Positions 1 through 11,906 of a stretch of 64,000 nucleotides of DNA are shown piece by piece (position 1 is the first letter of the stretch; the number at the start of each line of letters is the position of its first letter). The notes below the pieces were generated by a model. The model saw nothing but the letters and a program-made list of their open reading frames with translations. It was not told where the DNA came from and did no database searches. The stretch spans positions 8,084,234 to 8,148,233 of the forward strand of contig OZ316894.1 of assembly GCA_973895155.1 (NCBI GenBank), read 5' to 3'. Origin of the DNA: Marsupella aquatica (lineage: Eukaryota; Plantae; Marchantiophyta). The position numbers and the translations under genes were made by a program.

Positions 1-492
1 CTGGTTACGTACGCGTGAAGGATGAGAGCACTGCGGGGCAGGGAGGACGTTGTCTTTCCTTCCACTTCATAATTGAGTGGTGACTACAGTGGCGGGTTCT
101 CTGTCTGTATTCGTTTTTGTTTACGGAGGGCTGAAGGATGATGTCATTCGGGGCGACGGTGTCTTTCCTCCTGCTGTACAATTGAAAGGGACTTCGAGGA
201 GTTTGTGTTCCGTTGTTGGTTGTGGTTTGGCGCTAGACTTCTCTCGGGTGATTGGGCCTGGGAGAAAGGAAAAGAGAAAGAGAAAAATAGTTGTTCAATT
301 TTTTTAATTTCCTCCATAGTTTTTTAGGTTAGGTGAATTACGGTCCTGTTTCTATCCCCCCAGGGCGCTGAATTGGGGGCTGGAAATTGACGCTGGATTG
401 AATTAGGGAAGAGGCAGCAGGTGCCTGATTCTTATGCAAGGGTGTGTTTCAAACTGATTGGTTGATTGATTGAGAGGGAGAAGGAGAGAGAG

Positions 493-3400
493 ATGGAGAT
501 TCATGTGGCGGAGAATGGGCAGTCGTTCGGGTTGGACTGCCAGCCGACGTCGACGATAGAAATGTTGCAGAACATCTTGGCTCCCGTCACGGGAATGCCC
601 GTCCACGACCAAATGCTCATCTGTGGCGACACGAGGCTGGAGCCTCATCGCAACCTAATGTTTTACAAATTGCCGGACGAAGGCCGGCATGTCTTTCTGT
701 TCAACCGTTCTCGGCTGATAGCCGATTCTCCCTGCCCTCCTGGGGAGGAATTCGAGCCCATTACCACAGTTTTGCCCCCGGCTCCCTCGTCTGCCTCTAC
801 AGGGAGTCATCCCCTAGATGAAGCATCCGATCCTGCACTGAAAGCGCTCCCTTCGTACGAGGCGCAGTTCAAGTACCACTACCAGAAAGGGCTAGCCATT
901 CTGAATACTAGTCAGAGGAAATTCGATGCCTGCAGACGGCTGCTTAGGGAACAACAGGTCCAGGAATTGGCGTTGGAGACGGCCAGGGGCAACATGGACT
1001 TCTACTACAAGATAATTGACAACGTGTACTCGGATTTCATCAAGCAGTACAATCGCCAACATAAGCAGCACTCGGAGCTCTTGGCCAATTTGGAGAGGGA
1101 TCTCGAGAGGCTCAGGAGTTGCAGGCTGCATCCCGGTCTGCGGTCTCAGCACCGGGAGACGCTTCTAGACTGTGTGAAGGAGGGGAGGGTCAGGAAGTGG
1201 GCTGAGCATTGTTCCATCTCTTTCAAGCAATTCAACGGGAAGGTGGCAGACTTGAAGGAGGCATATGCTGACCTTCAGAGGAAGGTACAGTATCTGTTTT
1301 ACACTGCCCCCGCCGTGAACGTGAGGGAGTTGGTCGAGACGGTTGGAGACAGTGCACGCTACACAGAAGACCAAGCGAGCATAATCCAGTCTCTCAGCAA
1401 AGACGTCAACACAGTGAAGAAGCTCGTTGATGATTGTGTGAGTAGTCAGTTTTCTGCTTCTCTCCGCCCTCACGATGCAGTTTCTGCTCTCGGACCCATG
1501 TATGATGTGCATGACAAGAGCCATATCCCAAGGATGGAAGCAAATGATCGGGAATTGGGAAAATTGCTTCGTTACTGCCAAAAGAGTAAGAATGACATGA
1601 GCAGGGATGTCCACATTCGTCTGCGGAGCGTGGCTGCTCTTCAATCTAATTTGAAGGATATGAGAAACCAGCTTGCCGTGTTTAAGGAGGCAATGAATCG
1701 TCAAGAGGAGATTTTCACAGAGCTCAGGATAGTTCGCAGAACTGGGTCAGCTTACAAAGCATGCCTTGCAGACGCCTCAAGGAGAAAGGCTTTCATGAAA
1801 CTGTATATGGGGCAAGCCGGTCAGTTGGCTGAAAATCTGGCAAGAAAAAGAGAGGCTGAAGTTAGCCGAAGGGAGGAATTCCTTAAGGCACAGAGTGTTT
1901 ACTTCTCCCGTGAATTATTGGAGGCGATGGGATTGTATGAAAACCCAAGTCAATGCGTGGTAAATATTGCACCATTTGATATGAACTTATTGGATGTTGA
2001 AATAGCAGACCTGGAAAGATATGCTCCGGAGTCTTTAGTGGGACCTTTATTGAAGATATCTGGTTTAATTGGGCGAGGGCGTGGTGGACAAAGTTTCTCC
2101 GATAGTGAATTCCAGGGTGGTGCAGAACGTGACAATTTCGATGCTGAAGATGAAGATGGTGGGAATAGCGAGGAAATATCAGGCACGAGCAAACTTGAGG
2201 TTGAGAACGCGTGGCTCAAGGGTGAGCTCGCTTCAGCCGTTGCAAGGCTCTGCCAAGTGGACCCTGACATGGAGTCTGAGGAGGCAGGAGACAGTGAGCA
2301 GTCAACCAGGGATGGCAGTACTCACCACAGAAACAGTTCAGTACAGAAAACAGCCGATGCACTCCGCTTGAAGGATGACTATGCCAAACACTTGCACGAG
2401 CTACTCTACATGAAACAGTCTCAAAGCCAAAAGTATGAAAAGCGAATTCGGGAGCTGGAACAGAGGCTTTCAGATCAACACTTGCAGATGCAGAAGATCT
2501 CAAGTGCTGACAACAACCATTGTTCTGTTGACAGAGTACATCAAGATGGTCATTCAGAGCCTTCTGATGTGACTTCACTTCGGGTTATGAGTCTACCAGA
2601 GCCCATGGATGAGGAAGTGACTAGCGCAAGTGTCCATGGGAACTCCCAGCTAGAGCAGTCTAACCGTGATGAAGCTGAAGGAAACACTGGAGGAACTCAG
2701 AGTGGTCAGGGCGAGGAACTCATCATTGACAAAGCCGTCAGTGATGGTTCAGATACTGCTTTAGCTCTAAATGAAGAAAACAGTGACCTATCGAAGCAAG
2801 AGACTGGCAGTGGGGTACACGAAGAGATAGTTCTGGACGGATCGCTAGGAGTCCCTGAGGTGGTGAATGTAAATGAAGACCCCACCCGGGAAAGTGACTC
2901 AGGGAACATAGCTGAGCAACCTGGAGAGGATGCTCATCGTGCAGAGTTTATCATGCAAGAGAGAGATGAACAGGTCGAAGTCCTGCAAAAGGCATTGCAG
3001 GAGAAGACAGCTGAATGTGACGAAATCGAAGAGAGGCTCCAGGCTGCTCTTGCGGAAGGCGGCCAAATTCATGCCAAATTGGAGAGCAATGCCGAGCTTC
3101 TTAGTGAATGCCAACTAAATTGTGCCCACTTGGAAAATAGACTGCATGAAGCCAGAGAGCAGGCCAGGGTCAACCTTTGTGCTGCAGAACGCCGGGCTGC
3201 AGAGTACAATGCGCTACGTTCATCAAGTGTGCGTCTGCGAGGGCTTATGGAACGACTGCGGAGTCTCATCGCTTCCGCTGATGACCCCAATTTCGAAGAG
3301 TCTCTGCAAGCATTAGTCACCTCACTCTCAGGCCCTGGCCCGAGTGACTCTGGAGAAGATGTACAGTTCCGAATGTTTATTAAAATTCTCGCAGAGAAGT

Positions 3401-3510
3401 TTGGGGTACTAGCCCAGGAGAGGGCGGAGCTGTTGGAGCGTTGCACGATTGCTGAGAACAACCAACAAATGTGGATATCAAGATTTAGGCGTACAAGAGA
3501 TTATGTATGA
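493..3510 (+). CDS. ATG11: Autophagy-related protein 11 (ATG11/RB1CC1-like), 1005 aa from the first ATG, apparently lacking the C-terminal ATG11 claw domain
   Basis: The uninterrupted ORF carries plant ATG11 motifs: VAENGQSF, HPLDEASDPALKALPSYE, SLRPHDAVSALGPMYDVHDKSH, RRKAFMKLYMGQAGQLAE, GTSKLEVENAWLK and ECQLNCAHLENRLHEARE. Similarity stops after ...LLERCTIAENNQQ. Confidence 0.9.
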   Translation: MEIHVAENGQSFGLDCQPTSTIEMLQNILAPVTGMPVHDQMLICGDTRLEPHRNLMFYKLPDEGRHVFLFNRSRLIADSPCPPGEEFEPITTVLPPAPSSASTGSHPLDEASDPALKALPSYEAQFKYHYQKGLAILNTSQRKFDACRRLLREQQVQELALETARGNMDFYYKIIDNVYSDFIKQYNRQHKQHSELLANLERDLERLRSCRLHPGLRSQHRETLLDCVKEGRVRKWAEHCSISFKQFNGKVADLKEAYADLQRKVQYLFYTAPAVNVRELVETVGDSARYTEDQASIIQSLSKDVNTVKKLVDDCVSSQFSASLRPHDAVSALGPMYDVHDKSHIPRMEANDRELGKLLRYCQKSKNDMSRDVHIRLRSVAALQSNLKDMRNQLAVFKEAMNRQEEIFTELRIVRRTGSAYKACLADASRRKAFMKLYMGQAGQLAENLARKREAEVSRREEFLKAQSVYFSRELLEAMGLYENPSQCVVNIAPFDMNLLDVEIADLERYAPESLVGPLLKISGLIGRGRGGQSFSDSEFQGGAERDNFDAEDEDGGNSEEISGTSKLEVENAWLKGELASAVARLCQVDPDMESEEAGDSEQSTRDGSTHHRNSSVQKTADALRLKDDYAKHLHELLYMKQSQSQKYEKRIRELEQRLSDQHLQMQKISSADNNHCSVDRVHQDGHSEPSDVTSLRVMSLPEPMDEEVTSASVHGNSQLEQSNRDEAEGNTGGTQSGQGEELIIDKAVSDGSDTALALNEENSDLSKQETGSGVHEEIVLDGSLGVPEVVNVNEDPTRESDSGNIAEQPGEDAHRAEFIMQERDEQVEVLQKALQEKTAECDEIEERLQAALAEGGQIHAKLESNAELLSECQLNCAHLENRLHEAREQARVNLCAAERRAAEYNALRSSSVRLRGLMERLRSLIASADDPNFEESLQALVTSLSGPGPSDSGEDVQFRMFIKILAEKFGVLAQERAELLERCTIAENNQQMWISRFRRTRDYV

Positions 3511-4870
3511 TGACGCCAGATGATAATTATTAGTGGGAGTAGATCTAATTCTTTCGCACTTGGATGGTTAGTTCATTGGTGAACACTAACCTGCGGAAGC
3601 TCACGGGCCAGGACTGGTCAGGTCAAATTACTGTCAGGACTGTGTCTAGCCATCTGTCTATATTCCTGCTCTCAATCTGGCTTGTCTACAGCTCGTCGAC
3701 CAACATCTTCCGTACTTGAGAAGGATTCTGCTCCCCCAGGAAAATTCTCAAAGGGAAGAGCACCATTGCATACTGGACCATTGCAGCCATGGTCCAGGAC
3801 GAGAAGGAATCGAATTATAGGTTCGTTGCTGGTGACGGGACTTTCAAGTATTTATTTCGAGGCGAGGATTTCGACCGGTAACTATTGTCCGGATGTGGTA
3901 GCTGTGGTACATTTGCTGTATAAAGATATTTGTAGGTTAAAAAAAAATAGTCTAAATTGTAAGTTCAATAAAACTTGTATGAAGTCGTTTCTGACCATTC
4001 GAATCTCTAAGCATACAGGTCAATTTAAAAGGAATGTTGTTGCTAGAGATCAATGGTTACTTTTCCATTCGCTTTTGTCCCCGAGTCGGTAGCCGAGAGA
4101 CGTGGTGTCGTCTTGGCAGGCATGAAGTCTAGGATGCGGATCACTCTAATGCCCGTCATAATACCTGCATGTGCTTTGTAGCGACTGGCTTTGAATTCAC
4201 ATTTATTCACATGATAACTTTAACTACGACCAGTCCAGTCATGTGGTCTCACCTTTTGAGCAATGTTCTATCTTCGTGACCCTAAATGGTGGACTGGAAT
4301 TGCCTTCAAGAGAAAGGTAAGCTTTAGACAGGAGACCCCACTCTCAGGACATAAGATCGCAACGCACTGCCTGATCAGTTATGGATTTGTTGCGATCCAG
4401 AGCTTTGATCTGAATCCAGAGCCAACAATCTTCTAGATACAAAGCAAAACTTGAATGTTTACAGCATGCAAAGAAGGGGTCTATGGTTTGGATTTCAAAT
4501 GTTAAGAAATTGAACACCAGTGCTTTGGGTAGAAAATGTTAATGTCAATTATTCTGTTAAAGGTGGATCACGGATGCCTGGTACCTCTCTGCAGCACTGA
4601 TCTGCTTTTGCCAAACAGCAAAGGTTGGGAGATGGAGAACAGAGGATCAAAAGAGCTATTGCTGTTTCAGGACGGCCGTATCTCGCAACGATCAAGGATG
4701 GCAATCTAATGTATCTTCACTCGACTCTTTCCCGGGTTCTCACCCCTACTCTCAACGGTGCAGTCCCTGAGTGTTCATAACAAAGTGTAAGTTTGAATCC
4801 GCAACCAGCATTGGAGAAAGGAAATACACTTACGAAGACATGAACACCCTCACAATTAGGGGGTCTCAAA

Positions 4871-5191
4871 GCTGGCCCGTAATGGGGTAAGGACCACCCG
4901 CAATGAACAAGTTACAGGTCTGGCCGTAACTATTACGGGAGACCCAAATTGGTTGGCCCATAACGGGTTAAGGACCACCCGCAATGAACAAGTTATGGGT
5001 CTGGCCGTAACTATTACGGGAGACCAAACTTGGCTGGCCCGTAACGAGTTAAGGACCACCCGTAATGAACAAGTTATGGGTTTGGCCGTAACTATTACGG
5101 GAGACCAAAATTGGCTGGCCTGAAACGGGTTAAGGACCACCCGTAATGAACAAGTTATGGGTCTGGCCGTAACTATTACGGGAGACCAAAC
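4871..5191. repeat. 81-bp tandem array, left part (about 4 units), interrupted by the copia insertion
   Basis: The unit gctggcccgtaacgggttaaggaccacccgtaatgaacaagttatgggtctggccgtaactattacgggagaccaaaattg recurs at 81-bp spacing (4871, 4952, 5033, 5114). Confidence 0.95.
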
Positions 5192-5535
5192 TGTTAGATA
5201 TTGCTCTAGTCTTGTGACTCATGAGCTAACCACAGTTAGTCTAAGTCGGGTTAGGACTTAGCTAACGTTAGCGCTAGTGCTGTTGTGCATATAGCCAGGG
5301 CTGATGCCAGACCCTGGTGGAACTTAGGCTCATTGTTATCGAGCTAGTTGAGAGATAGGGAAAGCTTGTGCTGTGGATGCTTGGTATGGCCGGTCGGCCT
5401 AGAGTGCAGTAAAGCTCTTGTGTATTCCCGTGGACGTAGCCTCATGTGGAGGTGAACCACGTATCTCTCTGTGTCGACTATTGTGCGTTGGATGGTTCAT
5501 GGGCTTGCCGTTGCGAATGTCGTCTTTGCTCAACA
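5192..5535 (+). repeat. 5' LTR of Copia-1
   Basis: TGTTAGA...CTCAACA, a direct repeat of 12114-12457. Confidence 0.97.
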
Positions 5536-5537
5536 AG

Positions 5538-5549
5538 TGGTATCAGAGC
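5538..5549 (+). promoter_or_regulatory. Primer-binding site (initiator tRNA-Met) of Copia-1
   Basis: TGGTATCAGAGC begins 3 nt after the end of the 5' LTR. Confidence 0.95.
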
Positions 5550-7280
5550 ATGCCTGGGAGGTGACGAGGTTTTTTCGTGATAGGTTTTTCCAGCGTTCAT
5601 TGTCGATGGTACATTCAGAGTTTCATCGCATGAAACTCGAATGTGTGTGGCTGTGCGGATAGGTTAGTGACAGGGCTTTCTAACGGTGGTTAGAACTCGC
5701 TGATCGGTATCCGTGGTGTGGAGGAATTGAAGTTTGCATCGTTCAGGTTTTATTCGTGTTCGACGGTTTTTCGGGGGAGAGACCAGAGATCGCATTTTTC
5801 AACGGTGTGAGCCGTGCGGTGCGGGAGGGATCGCACATTATAGCTCAAATTGAAGGTTGAAACGAGCTGGTCGTTTCGGTAGCTGATTTGCTGCCGAGTT
5901 GTTACCGAGTGAGATGTGACGAGTGACGGAGGCGTTCAGGTTTTTTCACAAGCTATGGAGCTTGTTCCCATCTGAACCGGGTTTCTCTTCGTGACGATTG
6001 ACTCGGTGGTAGAAACACGAAGTGCTACGCCTCAACGGTTTGATCGCGGCGAAGCGGTCATTTTGAGCCCGGGATTGGCACTTGACGCGGAGTGAAGGCG
6101 TCGCGGCGGAAATTGTTACTCTGCTGGAGGTGCAGACTATGCCGGTGAAATTTGGAAACATTTCCCGTCAGCGGCGTTCACTTTACTCATTCAAAAAGGC
6201 GGCGGCAAGGTGAGTAAACCGGGCCAATTTTTTTTTTAAGTAAAATTTTTGCTTCTAAGGGGGTCTTTTTTGGGCCTTGTGTGTGTATACACACAACGTG
6301 CCCCCCCGATACTCCCCCTCATTCACCCCGTGGAACTCCCTTGCTTTCTCCCCCCGACTCTCCCTTTCGGCCGCCTTACGCAGCACCGGCCGACGCTTTA
6401 CGCGCGACTGTGCGCTCGCCGGGGCTGGTTGAGACCCTCCGGCCGGCCCTGCCGTTCCCTGCCCCTTCGTGAACCCCTCCTACCTGCGGCCGGCGCCCCT
6501 CCCCGGCGCACGGCGTCGTTACGCCCCCCCGACCCTGTATCCGGCTGCGTATGCAGCAGACGCTGCTACGCCACCGCCTCCCTTACGCCCCCTGCCCGCA
6601 TACTCTGCGACCCCATACGGGGTGTATTTTCGTTTTAAGGGGCCTTTGCACTCCCTTTAGGGTGCTTTTAAATTTCCATTTTCCCTGGTTTTCCTTTGTA
6701 AATGCCCGGCCTGATATGCGTCTACTCCCATGCGCCTTTTTTCTCATACTGCATTTTCAGTTTAAGGGGCCTAAGCACCCCCTTTAGGGCGCTTTTTATA
6801 GCTTTTTTCCACTCCTTTGGTTGTCCTTTGCGCCGGGACCTGCCGCCCTCCATTTTAACCGCTCGGACAGGGGGAACGGCCCCCTGTGAGACCTGTCGGA
6901 CTGTGCGGGAATATTCCCAAAAAATAGAGAGCTGTTTTTTGGCCGTCCGACAAAGATTCTGTCCGCCGAATGACAACTTTTTTGGTTCTTTTTCGGTGAG
7001 GACGTTGCCACTGGAGTTAGCAACGCGGTGCATCGATCACATTGCAATTCCGATGACGGGTGTACTTGGTATTTTGGTTATTCTCCGAGGTGGTCAAAAC
7101 GGGGGAGTTTACCAAGGTTTTACCCACCCCGACCAAAATTTGAATAACTTTTCCGTCGAATTTTGATTTTGATTTCGGTTTTCAGTATTGGACTCCTAGC
7201 TTCGTGGGCTACGCGGCGGTGTTGAGTTTTGAGTTTTGTGAGAAGTTTCGAAAAAAGACGTTTTTCCGTGATTGTTTCAT

Positions 7281-10200
7281 ATGAGTGACTCAGAGGATAC
7301 TGGAAGAATTGGTGTCGGTGGAGCTTCAGGATCGCGACGGTCAGACGGTGAGTCTGAGGAGGAGCTGCTACCATTTGAGGAGGAACAAGTAACACCGGTA
7401 CGATCACCGATGCGGCGTGCAGTGGAGGAAGCTGTACTACTACCAGAGCTGTTGGTAGTTGGGAAGAAGAGGGAGATGGCTAGATTCGGAGGAGTAAAGT
7501 TTGAGGTAGAGAAGTACGATGGTCGTACTGATTACTTGCTGTGGGAGAAGCAAGTGAAGGGTGTTCTTCGGGCCATGGGCTTAGCTCATCTGCTCTCTTC
7601 GCGAGAGCAGTATGATGGAGAGGAGGAGATCTCAGAGAAGTAGTGGAGACAGGAGCAGGTGATTGCTGTTAATGCAGTGATGCTTTATCTGAAGCCGCAC
7701 ATCATCAAGCAGCTGGATGATTATGCAGATTGCTCATCACTGTTCAAGGCTCTAAGAGAGAAGTACTACCGGGAAGATGCGTCAGACCGGCTGTACAAGA
7801 AGTCTCTCTTGATGAGCCTCAGGCTCAAGGAAGGGAGCAAGATGCAGGATCACTTGGATGAGTTTGACAGTCTAGCGGTGGATTTATCAAACCTGGGAAA
7901 ATGAGTTGAAGATGAGGATAAGGCCTTGCTTCTGCTAAGCTCCTTACCACCATCATATCAGGGCTTGAAATAGGTGCTCTTGTATAGAGATATGAAGTCC
8001 ATTTCGTATAATGAGGTGGTGAGCTCTTTACTGTCTAATGATGCTCAGAAGAAGCTGGGTCAATCACAGACAGCATCTTCTTCCGGCATTGCGCTGAATG
8101 TGAACCGTGGGAGAGCAACACAACGCATGAATGGACAGAACAGGTTTAGATCTACATCACGGGGGAGATCTAAATCGAGAGGGAAATTGCAAGAGAGGAA
8201 GCCTCTTGCATGTTAAAATTGTGGCAAGCCTAGCCACATGAAAAAGGATTGTCGAGTAAAGGTCCCTACTGCATCTGCTAACGCGGCATCGAGATCGCAT
8301 GAGGTAGATTTACTCGATGATGATGACATATTATGATGTCAAGGTTATGCTCTCAACGTAGTGTCAAATCCAGGGAGTGATGACTGGATTCTAGATAGTG
8401 CATGTACTTTTCACATTTGCTCTAGGAGAGATTTTTTCAGTTCTTACACGGATTCCAATGGGTCAGTGTTGATGGGAAATGGAATCCCATGTCAAGTTGT
8501 TGGACTTGGATCTGTAAGATTTCAGATGTTTGACGGTGCTGTGAGAACGGTGAGGAATGTGAGACACATTCCCAGCATGATGAAAAATCTCATTTCACTT
8601 GGAGTTTTAGAAGCAAATGGCCATCAGTGGAGTTCTGCTAATGGTGTCCTTCAGGTTTCAACTAGTACTAAAGTTGTATTGGGAAAGAGACATAGCAATC
8701 TATACGTTTTGGAGGGCTGTGTAGTTTGTGATGAAGCCAATGTAACCTTATCTCATGAGGAGACGGCCCGGTTGTGGCACTTTCGTTTGGGCCACATGAG
8801 TGAAAAAGGTTTGGTTATTCTTCAAAAGAAAGGATTACTTTCTAATTTACAATCTTGTAAGTTGGAATTTTGTGAGCACTGTGTGCTAGGGAAGCAGCAC
8901 AGAAAACCCTTCGGAGTTGGAACTCACACCAACAAGGAGGTACTTGAGTATGTACATAGTGATGTGTGGGGTCCAGCCCCTATTCCCTCACATTCTGGAC
9001 GATTATACTATGTCACGTTCATAGACGATTACTCAAGGTATGTGTGGATATACTTTCTACACAGTAAGTCTGATGTTTTTGCCACTTTTAAGGAGTGGAA
9101 AGCCCAAGTTGAGAATCAGACTGGTCATAAGGTGAGATATCTACGATCGGATAATGGCGGTGAATACAGTTCCAGGGAATTTGGAACGTATTGTAAGGAG
9201 CAGGGGATAACCCGCCATCTCACAACAAGTTATACTCCTCAGCGGAACAGTGTTTCTGAGAGACTCAACCGAACACTGTTGGATCGCTCGAGGAGTATGT
9301 TGAGTCAATCATGCTTACCACATGAGTTTTGGGCTGAAGCTGTCAACACTACAGCTTATTTGGTAAATTTTTCTCCATCCAGTTCTATTGGATTCAAGAC
9401 GCCATTTGAAATAAGGTACGGGCGTCCAGCAGATTACTCACATCTGAGGATTTTTGGATGTGATGCTTATGTGCTTACACCTTCCCAGCTTCGATCCAAG
9501 CTGGAGTCCAAGTTGAAGAAGTGCATTTTCCTTGGCTATCAGAAAGGTGTGAAGGGTTATAGGTTATGGGATCCAATAACCTCTAAGCTAATTGTCAGTA
9601 GAGATGTGTCCTTTAATGAGTCCAGATCATCAAAGGAGGGGAAGAGTTCTTAGGACTCCCATACTGACAAGGGGAAATCTCCCATGATCCCAGACTCGGT
9701 TGAGGGGGAGATTAGTCATGATGCTGTTCATGACAGGAGAGATGGAGAAGCTCCGGGCTTGGAGCTGGTTCCTATGATGGAACAAGAGGAGCAGTTTGTT
9801 GCTGGGGTACCTCAAATTCAACCAGCTGCAGCAACAGATCAGCCTGAGTCATCTACTAGAAGAACTTCCAGTCGTTCTACTAGAGCTCCTACCTGGTATG
9901 GTCAATGGGCAGACTCATCTAAGCTAGATGATATTGACATTGCACCTGATGACGATGACATGGCTTTGATCTTGGAAGAAGGAGAGCCTTCTTCGTACAG
10001 TGAGGCTTGTGCTTCAGAGCAGAAGCATGAGTGGAATGCAGCAATGCAGAGGGAGTTGCAATCTTTGAGTGACAACAAGACATGGGAGCTGGTGGAGCTT
10101 CCAAGAGGTCAGCAAGTGGTGGACAGCAAGTGAATTTACAAGTTGAAGGACAGTCCTTCAGAGGGTGGAGATAAGATAACAAGGCAAGGCTTGTTGCCAA

Positions 10201-11906
10201 GGGATTCACTCAGGAGAAAGGAGTGGATTACAATGAGGTCTTTCCACCGGTGGCTAAGTATTCCACAATTCGGATCTTGTGTCAGCTTGTTGTGTTTTTT
10301 AATCTGGTGATGGATCAGATGGATGTTGTTACTGCTTTTCTCTATGGCAACTTGGAAGAGATGATCTTCATGAGACAACCACTAGGCTTTATGAAGAAGG
10401 GCCGAGAGAACTTAGTTTGCAGATTGCTCAAGTCCTTGTATGGATTGAAGCAGTCTCCCAGACAGTGGAACAAGCGGTTTGATGATTTCATGCTTGCTCA
10501 AGGTTTTACAAGAATGGTGTATGATCCTTGTGTGTATACGAAATCAGTCAAGAATGATGTATTTGGTTTCATAATTCTGGTGATCTGGTCAATTGCAAGC
10601 TTGAGGGGGGCAAAAAGGATATCCAATTTCTCCACCAAAAGGATTCTAGTCCTTCCCAATTTACAAGGGGTGGACAAGGTGTTACACCAAATGGCTAGGA
10701 TTAGTTTGTTGAGATTGGATGGTGAGATCTTGCATGCCAAGTCTTTAGAAGTGTGTCCAGGCTTTTAGGAAGTCCCAATCTTCTTGGAAGTGTGCACAAC
10801 AATTTTGGAAGTGTGTCAAACCTTTATGGAAGTGGTGTTCAACTAAATCTTTATGATCTTTGAGTCCTTTTTCTCTCCTTTTTGAGCTAATCCTTTTTGC
10901 ATCCTTTTGCCCCTCTCAATCTTGCAATTGACCATCTATGTGGATGACATGCTGATTGTGGCTAAAGATCAATCTGAGGTTGACAGTCTCAAGGCAAAAT
11001 TGAGTGCTGAATTCAGGATGAAGGATCTTGGTAAGGCCAAGAGTATCTTAGGGATGGAGATTTTTAGGAACTCTGATACTGGATAGTTGTGCTTGAGTCA
11101 AGGCCAGTATGCGAGGAAAGTACTTGCACGATTCAACATGGAAAACTGTAAGCCAGTGAGTATTCATTTAGCTTCATATTTCAAGTTATCATCGGCTTTC
11201 TCTCCTACGGATGCTGTGGAGAAAGGTCTGATGGCTAAGATTCCTTATGAGAAGGCAGTAAGCAGTCTGATGTATTTGATGACTTGTACTAGGACAGACT
11301 TGGCCCTAGCGATGGGCAAGGTTAGTAGATTCATGTCAAATCCAGGAAAGGTACATTGGGAAGCTGTGAAGTGGATTCTCAGGTATCTGAAGGGTACATA
11401 GGACTATGGATTACTATTTGATAACAGATCAGATAGAACGTTAGTTGCCTATGTAGATTCTGACTATGGAGGCTGTCTGAATACAAGGAGGTCTACAACT
11501 GGGTTTGTATACACTCTTGGAGGAGGATGTATCAGTTGGAAATCTACCTTGCAGAAGTGCATTTCTCAGTCTACTACAGAAGCAGAATATGTTGCAGCAG
11601 CAGAAGCAGCAAAGGAAGCAATTTGGTTGGACAAGTTGATCGCAGAGATGGGTTTAGAGCATGGCAAAAATGACTCTAAACTGTGACAGTCAAAGTGCAC
11701 TTCACTTGGCTGCTAACCAGGTGATGGATAGTAGGGTGAAGCACATTGATATCAGGTACCATTTTATCAGGCAAGCAGTGTCTGATAAAACTTTTGAGCT
11801 AGTCAAGATTGATGGAAAGCTCAATCCCGTTGATGCCTTTACCAAAGTGATTCCTTTGGAGAGTTTCTCAAGACACCGTGCTACTTTGCAGGTATTGCAG
11901 TTGTAG
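7281..11906 (+). pseudogene. Copia-1 gag-pol, with several premature stops, frameshifts and a MITE insertion
   Basis: Gag motif KFEVEKYDGRTDYLLW, zinc knuckle C*NCGKPSHMKKDC, protease WILDSAC, integrase HSDVWGP / RSDNGGEY, RT YGLKQSPRQW / YVDD, RNaseH TTEAEY / KHIDIRYHF. In-frame stops include 7641, 7902, 7971, 8214, 9651, 10131 and 11399. Confidence 0.95.
10587..10933. mobile_element. 347-bp MITE with ~33-bp TIRs inserted immediately before the RT YVDD motif
   Basis: Left end GGTCAATTGCAAGCTTGAGGGGGGCAAAAAGGAT; the reverse complement of the right end is GGTCAATTGCAAGATTGAGAGGGGCAAAAGGAT. ATCT is duplicated at 10583-10586 and 10934-10937. Removing the insert restores ...ILVIYVDD. Confidence 0.93.

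Noticed and set aside
892-3461. Antisense ORFs overlapping ATG11 (and similarly GatA and the copia pols)
   Set aside because: These are shadow ORFs of long coding sequences with no independent motifs.
3682-4092. 136-aa ORF as the missing ATG11 C-terminal exon
   Set aside because: None of the three forward frames that I read shows ATG11 claw-domain motifs.
4856-5140. Repetitive 94-aa ORF on the minus strand
   Set aside because: An artefact of the 81-bp tandem unit, whose length is a multiple of 3.
4871-5191. CRISPR-like array
   Set aside because: The units are contiguous near-identical 81-mers with no unique spacers, there are no cas genes, and the context is eukaryotic.
6249-7166. Extra ORFs in the Copia-1 leader (possible additional or env-like gene)
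   Set aside because: Low-complexity GC-rich sequence, no counterpart ORF in Copia-2, and no recognisable motif.
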